Part shown: one piece after another, positions 10,084-19,066 of the stretch
How the letters are laid out: every line of letters starts with the position of its first letter
Numbering within the stretch: position 1 is the first letter of the stretch
Assembly: GCA_965662895.1 (NCBI GenBank)
Contig: CBFIJH010000004.1
Location: 98,073 to 162,072 of the forward strand
Reading direction: 5' to 3'
Length of the DNA stretch: 64,000 bases
Origin: Candidatus Poseidoniaceae archaeon
GTDB lineage: Archaea; Thermoplasmatota; Poseidoniia; Poseidoniales; Poseidoniaceae
Notes under the pieces: generated by a model
The model's database searches: none
The model's input: the letters and a program-made list of their open reading frames with translations, nothing else
Told to the model about the DNA's origin: nothing
Made by a program: the position numbers and the translations under genes

Positions 10084-11199
10084 ATGGCGACGATTAAAGA
10101 GCAAATCGAAATGATTCGCGCTGAGATCGATAAGACGCAAAAGAACAAGGCTACAAACGCCCACATTGGGAAGTTGAAGGCTAAGATTGCTCAACTGAAG
10201 ATCAAGGAAGAGAGAGCCGCTGCCCACTCGAAAGCGAGTGGTGGTGGCAAAGGCTTCGAAGTCAAGAAGTCTGGTGATGCGACCGTCTCACTGGTCGGTT
10301 TTCCTTCTGTCGGTAAATCAACACTTATCTCCAAAGTAACCGATGCTCATTCTGAAGCAGGTGGATATGCGTTCACAACCTTGACCTGCATCCCCGGTGT
10401 GATGGAGCATCGCGGTGCAAAAATTCAGATTCTTGACTTGCCGGGATTGATTAAAGGTGCTGCAGAAGGAAAGGGTCGTGGAAAAGAGATTCTCAATGTT
10501 ATTCGCTCCTCGGACATGGTCTTGTACATCGTCGATCCGTTCCAAGATGGGCACTTCACTGTCCTGCATCGAGAACTGCACAATTCTGGCCTTCGATTAA
10601 ATCAACAAAAGCCCCCTGTCTTCATCAAACGTGTCGATAAAGGTGGAATCGATGTACGAACGACAGTCGAACAAACACACCTTACGCCTGAAGAGATGGG
10701 TGAAATTATTCGATCGTTTGGATATACATCCGCGATTGTCACGCTTCGACAGGACACAACTGCAGAGCAGATTGTTGATTGTCTTGCAGGAAATATTGTG
10801 TACGAAAAGGCAGTCATTGCCATCAACAAAATTGACATTGCAACACCAGAAGACATTGAACGAGCAAAATCGGGACTGCCAAGTGATTGGCCAATCATGG
10901 AAATTTCAGCGTTCAAGGACATTGGACTCACGGAATTAAAGGATTTCATTTACGACAATCTTGGATTCATGCGTATCTTCCTCAAACCACAAGGCCAAGA
11001 GGCGGACCTCGAGGAGCCGCTCATTGTCAAAGACGATTCAACCGTGGAAACAATCTGCAACAAATTGCATCGTGATTTTGTTCGAAAATTCAGATTTGCT
11101 CGAATTAAGGGTCCTTCTGCAAAATTTGATTGGCAGCGTGTTGGGCTTGATCATCAACTCAAGGATGGGGATTTGCTAACCATCGTGGTGAAACGATGA
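10084..11199 (+). CDS. DRG/Rbg1-family OBG GTPase with TGS domain
   Basis: TQKNKATNAH, GFPSVGKS, YAFTT, DLPG, NKID, C-terminal QRVGLDHQLKDGD. Confidence 0.92.
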   Translation: MATIKEQIEMIRAEIDKTQKNKATNAHIGKLKAKIAQLKIKEERAAAHSKASGGGKGFEVKKSGDATVSLVGFPSVGKSTLISKVTDAHSEAGGYAFTTLTCIPGVMEHRGAKIQILDLPGLIKGAAEGKGRGKEILNVIRSSDMVLYIVDPFQDGHFTVLHRELHNSGLRLNQQKPPVFIKRVDKGGIDVRTTVEQTHLTPEEMGEIIRSFGYTSAIVTLRQDTTAEQIVDCLAGNIVYEKAVIAINKIDIATPEDIERAKSGLPSDWPIMEISAFKDIGLTELKDFIYDNLGFMRIFLKPQGQEADLEEPLIVKDDSTVETICNKLHRDFVRKFRFARIKGPSAKFDWQRVGLDHQLKDGDLLTIVVKR

Positions 11200-11609
11200 A
11201 ACACTTGCGGCGGTATCACAAAGACGTGTTAGCCATTGGCTTAGGATTGTTTTTCATTAATGTTGGAATCATGCACTTTACTGACGTTGAATGGTTCACG
11301 CCAATCGTACCGGAGATTCTTCCTTTTCGTGCAGAATTTTGGGTCATAGTCAGCGGCATTCCTGAAATCGCATGCGGGATTGGACTGATTCTTCCTCGAA
11401 CACGAGTCCTTGCAGGAAAAGCAACTGTGGCCTTACTGATTGTCTTGTATTGGGCAAATCTCAACATGTGGATCAATGACATCCCTTTGGATGGGAATAC
11501 ATTCCCACTGTGGGCGCACGTCTTACGAGGACTTGCCCAACTTGGAATGATCGCAATCGCTGCTTACTTGGGCGAATGGATTCCAGAATTTTCAAAATCA
11601 AAGGATTAG
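11196..11609 (+). CDS. DoxX-like membrane protein
   Basis: GIMHF..F..IVP..LP, SGIPEI..GIGL, YWANLNM; 4 TMs. Confidence 0.7.
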   Translation: MKHLRRYHKDVLAIGLGLFFINVGIMHFTDVEWFTPIVPEILPFRAEFWVIVSGIPEIACGIGLILPRTRVLAGKATVALLIVLYWANLNMWINDIPLDGNTFPLWAHVLRGLAQLGMIAIAAYLGEWIPEFSKSKD

Positions 11610-14600
11610 ACCCATTTGTCATCGTCGTCTTGACTGTTACGAACACGAACAAAGGCGATGAGTAGAACCAGTACGGTAACGAGGATACCAACTTGAACGA
11701 TACCGCTTGAGACAGGTGATGCTTTGTCGTCCACGTCTGTTTCGTTGGATGAATCGTTCGGGTTCGTTGGACTTGGATTTGTATTTTCACCCTCGAGATT
11801 AATCCGCACAGAAACGCTGCTTTCATTGGAATTTCCTGAAGCATCAGCACTCTTGACAATGAAAACATAATCGCCATTCGCATAGCCTTCTGTCACATAT
11901 TCGTGGTTCTTTTTGACTGCGAATGGGTCACTATGAATCGATGTCGAACCAATAAGAATCTCCTCGGTTGAACTTTCGGAGGTGTACCACGTAATCTTCA
12001 CACGGCCATCCTCAAGAACTTCAGCATCCAAATTCAGGAGTTCAGGAGGCGTATCGTCGACAACCGTACTCGTATTGAAGTAAAGAATGACATCATCAGT
12101 ACCTTCTGCACGAATGAAAACCCAGTACGCTGTACCAACATCGAGGTCTGTTAGGGTGACCGCATGGTCTGTACCACTTGCCGTTTCAAGAAGGTTCGTG
12201 CTTGCATCGATAGGCTGTTGACCAGCAAGAGCAAATTGAATCGAAGTCGCATCTGAAACGGTTGTCGACCAAGTAATCACCGCCGTTGAAGCAGTAACAG
12301 CCTCAATGGATGCTCCGAAAATCTGCTGTGGAACTTCAGGCATCTCAAAGCCTGTAAGTTTCGCATAGACGTGATTCTCAACGTCGTACGAAGAAAGCAT
12401 TTGTTCTTGCCCAGAACCATTGAGAATCATATCGATGATGTTTGGATCGTAGTCAATACCATCATCTGCAGCAGGGTTTGAACCACCTCCTAGCGTCCAT
12501 GTTGATGGTGTCTCATCCACATCTCGCCATTTACCAGTTCCAAAACCGTCTTGACTTCCGATGACGACGATGTATCGATAATTCGGAATATCATCACCGA
12601 TAACGTCCTTACTGACAGTAAAGGTGATGGTTTTTGCATCGACATCGCCAGAGACATCGATGCCTCGTGAAGAGGTGCTACCGGTTTCAGACTGAACTGC
12701 GAGGACCGCACCTGGTTCACCCGTTCCACTGATGGCAACTTCCCAAGCCCAATCCTCATCGATTTCTGCATTTGCACCATCGAGCATCTCTGTTGATCCA
12801 TACGATGTTTGACCATGATCAACATAAATCTGAACAATTTGATGACTAAATCCATTGCTCAATCCCCAAATATCGGTCATTTCACCCATCTCTAAGATGA
12901 ATTGGGCATTCCAAGCACTTTGCCGAATGGTGAGTTTCTTGGCATCCCAAAGGCCACCATTGTTTGGTGTAGCAAAATCGCTTGCAAGTGGGTACGAGTA
13001 GTCACCATCACCTGTTTCATCACCAGCAGCATCTTCAAGTTCGAGCAGTGTCACCCATTCTTCCAGATCAGGAAGGACAACTTCAGCAGGAGCAGGTGGT
13101 GCCATTTCCTTATCCTCTCCATCACCATAAGAAAGTGATTCTGCCAGTGCTGCGACCACCTTTATTCGAGTGGAGTATCGAGGTGCAAGTCCAATCTCTG
13201 ACCATGGAATTGCAAATTCATAAACATCCTGAACTGCACAACTTCCAAGCGAGGAACTTCCGCTTAGAACCCATTGCTCTTGATCTCCACTCTTCCCTTT
13301 CGCCGTGAAGAGATTCCATTTTGCTCGACCATCGTCTCGTAGCGTATCAAAGTCAAAGGCAATCATGTATTTTGCAGGGAAACCAAGAATTTGATTTCCG
13401 TAATACGTTCGGAAATTGGTTTCAGCTTCGTTGAAATTGACTGCGTTGGCCTGCATGAAGTAGAGAGCCAAATCGGGTGACTTTTCATCGAGCGACGCAT
13501 CCTGAAGTTCAGCAACGGTTGTCGCATCCACACGAATGAACACATTGGATGCATCATAGCCAACATAGAACTCATCAATGTTGAACGGTGAGCCGTCAAC
13601 CGGGGCATCGTACCGTGCAGCACCATCCCATTCACCTGGCAATGCAACACCGTCAATCATCGGCTCGATGATTGATGAGGACGCGGGCGAGGGAACTGCT
13701 GGATTGGTCCACAGGTCTTGCAAGTAGGGAGGGAGGTCCAGATTGACCGCACGATAGATGTTTGACAGGTGAACCTTAAACAACACATCCCAATTCTCAT
13801 CGTAACCGCTGTCTTGGTCAAGGCCATACCACCAGAACCAATCGCTTCCTTCTGCGATGTAGAGCGATTCCCATGCGGCCTCAAGACCACTGTGGTTTGG
13901 ATTCTCTTCTTCGAAGGCCACGAGTTCTTGCCGTGCTTCAACGAGACGTTGCCAGGCAAGCGATTCCTCTTCCTCACCAGCCCACGTGCGTAGTGTTCCA
14001 TCAATCCAAGAGCCCGTTCCTATGGTTTGGATTTCTGGTAGCGTTGGATCGGATTCAAGGAACTCTGATGGCGTTGTCGTGACAACGGTCGGATGAGTTG
14101 CAAGTCGACTGTACCACTCTGCCATGAATGGTCGAGCATTGTCCTGATGTTGGAATTCGGACATGAACATCCAGTTTTCACCGTCCAATGCAACGGTAAG
14201 GAGGTGTTCTGAAGGGTCCTCGCCTGCATCGAGAAGTTGCTGACGGATGTTATCGAGGTATGCAATGAAATCGGAAACGGCTGCTTCTGGCGTCATTGTT
14301 CCATATTGGAATGCAATACGGTCAGAAATCACTCGATCACGGAAAATGACAGCAACCTCACCACCATCTGCACCGGTCACTGTCCAAGGTGTGGCAAGAT
14401 TGGTCACGTCCTCAACATCGATGTAATCACCGTTTTGGTTGGTTGATTGCTTGAGGATTTCCTCATCCGTCACCATCCACTCGATTCCGACATCTGTGAC
14501 GGGTTGAACCATCGCTGGAGAAACGGCTTCTTCGCTGGGCCACATACCGGTTGGACGGAATCCAAGTTCATCCTCAAAGAGATTCATTCCTGTGATGAGA

Positions 14601-16075
14601 TGATTCTGCACATCTTCAGGCCATGCTTCTTTGTTGACTCGAATGCCATCTTCCATCGTCCAACCATCCATCATCAGCAGCGGCATGATTGGATGGTAGT
14701 ACGGTGTTGTTGTCAACTCAATTTGACCCTTTGCAGCAAGTTCGCTGTACATCGGCAAAACATTGCCCATGTGTTCATGTTGAGCGTCGAGAACATAATT
14801 CAAATCATCCAAATCGTAATTCCCATTTTGCATAAACAAGTCGATCAAACCCTGATCTCGATGGCTGGCATTGTAGGCTCCTAGGACGTAATCAGGTGAG
14901 AATTGATAGAGATACCACAGGACCTGAAGATCGAGGAAATCTTGAGGAGCAAGCAAATCGTCATCCATAATGGTTGCAGGCTTGAGGTTGTGCAGGGTTT
15001 CATCATAGAGTTCTTTGTACCGCTCACTCGAAGGATGAAGCCATCCTAACTTGGCATCATCTTCGGATACGTTGTATATCCAACCGCTGTTCCAAAATGA
15101 CTGAAACTGCATGGTATGCAATTCCAGATCTGTTGCATTGGGATAGCCGCCCTCTGTCCACGAACGTTTCGCAATGTCTGTGTGAACGTCGAGCGTTTCC
15201 TGCTCATGGTAATCGACCAATTGCTCAATGAACGATGGTACGAGGTTGTAGGTCACTTTGGTGTCGGAATCGGCAAGTATGCCTGGTGAGTCAACATACT
15301 CAGTCATGGCATGGACCCGAACCCATGGCATCTCGTACATGCCAGTTAGTTTGTTTTTGTAATAGGGCTGGTGTTGATGGAAGACGATAGCGAGGTTGAG
15401 TGCATCGTCGACCTTTCCGGAAGCTGCAGGTTGAATCACAGGAAGTTGACTTGGATTCGTAACATTGTTCACGTTTTCAATGTGCCAAGCATGCGTAAAC
15501 GTTTCAGCACCATTATTGCTTGCAGGATTTTGTTGAGGGAAGGATACCCAGACATTCCCTTCATCTTGCCATTGTGCGTAAACGATGACATCGAGGGTTG
15601 AAGGCGTTCCAATCTCAGTCCATGGAATTGCAAGTTCAGTCACCTTGTTGTCGCTCCATCCGCTGTAGATTTCAACGACGTGTGAAGAATCAATCCAAGC
15701 ACTTCCATCAAAAGATATGAGGCGAAAATATGAATCATCTTCAAGAACGAATCCGTAGTTTGCCGCAAAGGGCAAGGTGTGGGCAAAGCCCCAATCTTTG
15801 CTCAGTACAGAGCCTGTCGAAGAGGTGTTGAAGTAAACGAACAAATCTGCTCCTTCAAAGGTATCTTTCCAGTCTGTTCCTTCCCAACCGAAATAGAGAC
15901 TGTTTTCGTCCCACGTTAGGTGAAGGTCAACATTTCCAGAAGCCATTTGGCTGTCTGAACTCCAATCGGAAAGGTCGCCATCAACACTTATTGTTGAAGG
16001 GGTAACTCCGGCAGCAAATCCGCCCATGGTCGAGGTTATGAAAAGCAGCGACAAAATCACAGCACTTCTCCGCAT
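11606..16075 (-). CDS. Secreted, C-terminally membrane-anchored GH57 amylopullulanase with glucodextranase-C/DOMON-like and FN3-like modules
   Basis: Signal peptide MRRSAVIL; GH57 motifs FHQHQP, ELTTTPYYHPIMPL, WPSE (nucleophile), LDGENW (acid/base), AEGSDWFWW; GDETGDGDYSYP; C-terminal TM GIVQVGILVTVLVLLIAFVR. Confidence 0.9.
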   Translation of the reverse strand: MRRSAVILSLLFITSTMGGFAAGVTPSTISVDGDLSDWSSDSQMASGNVDLHLTWDENSLYFGWEGTDWKDTFEGADLFVYFNTSSTGSVLSKDWGFAHTLPFAANYGFVLEDDSYFRLISFDGSAWIDSSHVVEIYSGWSDNKVTELAIPWTEIGTPSTLDVIVYAQWQDEGNVWVSFPQQNPASNNGAETFTHAWHIENVNNVTNPSQLPVIQPAASGKVDDALNLAIVFHQHQPYYKNKLTGMYEMPWVRVHAMTEYVDSPGILADSDTKVTYNLVPSFIEQLVDYHEQETLDVHTDIAKRSWTEGGYPNATDLELHTMQFQSFWNSGWIYNVSEDDAKLGWLHPSSERYKELYDETLHNLKPATIMDDDLLAPQDFLDLQVLWYLYQFSPDYVLGAYNASHRDQGLIDLFMQNGNYDLDDLNYVLDAQHEHMGNVLPMYSELAAKGQIELTTTPYYHPIMPLLMMDGWTMEDGIRVNKEAWPEDVQNHLITGMNLFEDELGFRPTGMWPSEEAVSPAMVQPVTDVGIEWMVTDEEILKQSTNQNGDYIDVEDVTNLATPWTVTGADGGEVAVIFRDRVISDRIAFQYGTMTPEAAVSDFIAYLDNIRQQLLDAGEDPSEHLLTVALDGENWMFMSEFQHQDNARPFMAEWYSRLATHPTVVTTTPSEFLESDPTLPEIQTIGTGSWIDGTLRTWAGEEEESLAWQRLVEARQELVAFEEENPNHSGLEAAWESLYIAEGSDWFWWYGLDQDSGYDENWDVLFKVHLSNIYRAVNLDLPPYLQDLWTNPAVPSPASSSIIEPMIDGVALPGEWDGAARYDAPVDGSPFNIDEFYVGYDASNVFIRVDATTVAELQDASLDEKSPDLALYFMQANAVNFNEAETNFRTYYGNQILGFPAKYMIAFDFDTLRDDGRAKWNLFTAKGKSGDQEQWVLSGSSSLGSCAVQDVYEFAIPWSEIGLAPRYSTRIKVVAALAESLSYGDGEDKEMAPPAPAEVVLPDLEEWVTLLELEDAAGDETGDGDYSYPLASDFATPNNGGLWDAKKLTIRQSAWNAQFILEMGEMTDIWGLSNGFSHQIVQIYVDHGQTSYGSTEMLDGANAEIDEDWAWEVAISGTGEPGAVLAVQSETGSTSSRGIDVSGDVDAKTITFTVSKDVIGDDIPNYRYIVVIGSQDGFGTGKWRDVDETPSTWTLGGGSNPAADDGIDYDPNIIDMILNGSGQEQMLSSYDVENHVYAKLTGFEMPEVPQQIFGASIEAVTASTAVITWSTTVSDATSIQFALAGQQPIDASTNLLETASGTDHAVTLTDLDVGTAYWVFIRAEGTDDVILYFNTSTVVDDTPPELLNLDAEVLEDGRVKITWYTSESSTEEILIGSTSIHSDPFAVKKNHEYVTEGYANGDYVFIVKSADASGNSNESSVSVRINLEGENTNPSPTNPNDSSNETDVDDKASPVSSGIVQVGILVTVLVLLIAFVRVRNSQDDDDKWV

Positions 16076-16120
16076 GGCTGTACCGTAGAAATGATAACTT
16101 GAAAGACTTTGCAAAATTTG

Positions 16121-17374
16121 ATGGAGTCCGAAAAAGCGATCGGGATTCTCTGTCACATCACTTCATTGCCCAACCAAAGTTTGGCAGAGGGCCACATATT
16201 TGTTGACTGGTTGAGCAAAAATGGATTCGATTATTGGCAATTGCTTCCACTTACACCTCCAGACAAATACGCCTCACCGTACGCGTCGCCATCAGCCTTT
16301 GCTGGTTGGAGTGCATTGTGCGATTCGGATGCAACGTCATCGATGGAGAAGGATGAATATTGGTTGAACGATTGGGCATTGTATTGTGCAATCAAAGCCG
16401 ACCAGGGTGGCAAGCCATGGTACGAATGGCCCGAACCACTCAAGAACCGAGACAGTGATGCATTAAGCAAATTCAACAGTCAACGCCAACCTTTCATCGA
16501 GCAACAAGCAAATTTTATGGCGGAATGGAACAATTTACGACAATATGCTGCTCATCATGGTGTGAAAATCATTGGCGACGTCCCTATTTTCATCGCCCAC
16601 GATTCTGCAGACGTTTGGGCGCATCAAGAGTTGTTTCAATTGGACGACAATGGCTATCCAACCTTCATCGCTGGCGTCCCTCCGGACTATTTTAGTGAAA
16701 CGGGCCAAGTCTGGGAAACAGTCCTCTACGATTGGGAAGCACACGAAAAACAGCAGTGGAAATGGTGGGAGGAACGCATGAAACGCATGTTTCGAATGTA
16801 CGATGTTGTCCGAATCGATCACTTTCGAGGCTTCCATTCCAATTGGGCCGTACCTTATCCAGAAGAGAACGCGATGAATGGGCACTGGCAATCTGGACCT
16901 GAGCACAAACTCTTCGATCATCTGATGGCATTGGTAACCTCTCCAGACCAAATCATAGCAGAAGATTTGGGCATCATTCCGGAAGCTGTTATCGACTTTC
17001 GTAATCGACATAACCTTCGCGGAATGAGTGTCTTGCAATTTGGGTTTGCGGGAGATTTGGCAACAAACCCACATCATCCAAACAACATAACAGAGCAGCA
17101 AATTGCATACAGTGGAACACATGACAACAATACTGCAGTCGGTTGGTTTGAAGAGATAACAGAGGAAGAGCAGGCCAACGTTCAATCCCTTGCGTTACCG
17201 GGTGAAGCCATACAAGACACATTGATGCGGTTAGCAATGGATTCTGATGCAAGAATATCCATCTTCCCGTTGCAGGACTTTTTGGGATTAGGTTCCGAGG
17301 CTCGGATGAACGTGCCTGGTCAGAAAGGGGAAAACTGGAATTGGAAATTTACATGGCAGCAACTCGTTAGGTGA
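16121..17374 (+). CDS. malQ: 4-alpha-glucanotransferase (amylomaltase, GH77)
   Basis: GILCHITSLP, WQLLPL, SPYASPSAFAG, GDVPIF, RIDHFRG, IAEDLG, GTHDNNT, RMNVPG..NW. Confidence 0.93.
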   Translation: MESEKAIGILCHITSLPNQSLAEGHIFVDWLSKNGFDYWQLLPLTPPDKYASPYASPSAFAGWSALCDSDATSSMEKDEYWLNDWALYCAIKADQGGKPWYEWPEPLKNRDSDALSKFNSQRQPFIEQQANFMAEWNNLRQYAAHHGVKIIGDVPIFIAHDSADVWAHQELFQLDDNGYPTFIAGVPPDYFSETGQVWETVLYDWEAHEKQQWKWWEERMKRMFRMYDVVRIDHFRGFHSNWAVPYPEENAMNGHWQSGPEHKLFDHLMALVTSPDQIIAEDLGIIPEAVIDFRNRHNLRGMSVLQFGFAGDLATNPHHPNNITEQQIAYSGTHDNNTAVGWFEEITEEEQANVQSLALPGEAIQDTLMRLAMDSDARISIFPLQDFLGLGSEARMNVPGQKGENWNWKFTWQQLVR

Positions 17375-17419
17375 GGCGACCGACAAAGAACTCATAACCT
17401 GACAAGAATAGCATAATCC

Positions 17420-19066
17420 ATGCCTGTAGTGGGGTATTTTACAGCAGAGATTGGCCTCTGGTCAGAGTTGCATACCTACTCAGGGGGGCTCGGAGTTCTT
17501 GCCGGAGACCATGTCAAATCAGCGGCTGATGCAGGTATACCTCTGGTCGGCGTAACACTCCTTTACCATCAAGGATATGCACGACAACACATTGACAATG
17601 CTGGAATTCAAACCGAAACTTTTCCCGAAATTGACATGAACAATCTTCTCACAAAAACAAACACCATTCTTGAACTTGAACTTGATGGAACACCATTGTT
17701 TGCATATGTTTGGATGGCTGAAATTGTTGGGCAATCTGGTCACAAGGTTCCCGTCTACTTCATCGACACCAGACACCCTGAAAACACAACTGAACATCAG
17801 GAACTCTCCTCGAGATTGTATGGTGGTGATGATCGTATGCGAATTCGACAAGAGTACGTTCTCGGTGTAGGGGGCATCCATTTGTTTGACCATTTGGAAA
17901 TCAAAATGGATGGTCTTCATTTGAATGAAGGCCATTGTACATTCGCGATGCTTGAACTCTTGAAGCGTGGCTGGAGTCGTGAACAATTAGCTCAGCGGAG
18001 TCTGTTCACAACCCACACTCCTGTACCTGCAGGACATGATCGATTCGATTGGTCGTTGGTCGAGGAGGTCATTGGAGACTTGTTGCCGCCAGATGCGAAG
18101 GAATTGGTGAGAAGTGCAGGTGACCCCGAGGATGCTGCTCGCTGTTCGATGTCGCATCTCGCCGTTTCACTTTCAACCAGTGTGAACGCTGTTTCCAAAC
18201 TCAACGCGGACGTCGCAATGACAATGTTCGAACAAAACATCCAACCAATCACCAATGGGGTCCATCATATCACGTGGACATCCCCGGTTATGTCATCCCT
18301 CTTCGACAAGCATCTGACTGGTTGGAGAACTCATCCGGAGTCAATTTCCAACGCCGAAACGTTGCCAACGGAAGATCTCAAAGAAGCACGCTCAAAGGCT
18401 CGAAGCCAGCTTCGTGACTACGTTCGATCAACAACAGGTGTCGAATTGTCTCCCGATCGATTAACGATTGGGTTTGCACGTCGATTTGCAACTTATAAGC
18501 GAGCGAACCTAGTGTTCAAAGATTTGCAGCGACTGCGAGCACTTGGTGCAGGAAAAATACAATTTGTGTTTTCTGGAAAAGCACATCCAAAAGACCAGGG
18601 TGGTAAGCAATTGATTCGTGATATCTTTGAATCTGCACACCAAATCGAAGACGAAATTCCAGTTGCTTTCATCGAGAATTACGACATGCATACCGGATTG
18701 ATGATGACCAGTGGCGTTGACATCTGGCTGAACAATCCAATTCGTCCAATGGAAGCATCAGGCACATCTGGCATGAAGGCTGCAATGAACGGTGTCCCGA
18801 ACTGTTCGATTCTCGACGGATGGTGGCCAGAAGCCTGTCTTCATGGTGTGAATGGGTGGGCAATTGGAAACGCAGAAGATAATCGAAACGATGACAGAGA
18901 TGCTGAAAACATCTACAAGGTGCTTGAAGATGAAGTCATCCCGCTCTGGGAACAGGCAGGTGATGGTTGGGCTGAGATGATGAAAGCAAGCATCGCAGTA
19001 TCAGCAGGCTTTACTGGACAGCGTATGGTTCAAGACTACCTTGAATTTTACAATCAATTCTCTTGA
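17420..19066 (+). CDS. glgP: Alpha-glucan (maltodextrin/glycogen) phosphorylase, GT35
   Basis: YSGGLGVLAGD, HLNEGH, FTTHTP, ITNGVH, FARRFATYKRA, GKAHP, EASGTSGMK (PLP Lys). Confidence 0.93.
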   Translation: MPVVGYFTAEIGLWSELHTYSGGLGVLAGDHVKSAADAGIPLVGVTLLYHQGYARQHIDNAGIQTETFPEIDMNNLLTKTNTILELELDGTPLFAYVWMAEIVGQSGHKVPVYFIDTRHPENTTEHQELSSRLYGGDDRMRIRQEYVLGVGGIHLFDHLEIKMDGLHLNEGHCTFAMLELLKRGWSREQLAQRSLFTTHTPVPAGHDRFDWSLVEEVIGDLLPPDAKELVRSAGDPEDAARCSMSHLAVSLSTSVNAVSKLNADVAMTMFEQNIQPITNGVHHITWTSPVMSSLFDKHLTGWRTHPESISNAETLPTEDLKEARSKARSQLRDYVRSTTGVELSPDRLTIGFARRFATYKRANLVFKDLQRLRALGAGKIQFVFSGKAHPKDQGGKQLIRDIFESAHQIEDEIPVAFIENYDMHTGLMMTSGVDIWLNNPIRPMEASGTSGMKAAMNGVPNCSILDGWWPEACLHGVNGWAIGNAEDNRNDDRDAENIYKVLEDEVIPLWEQAGDGWAEMMKASIAVSAGFTGQRMVQDYLEFYNQFS

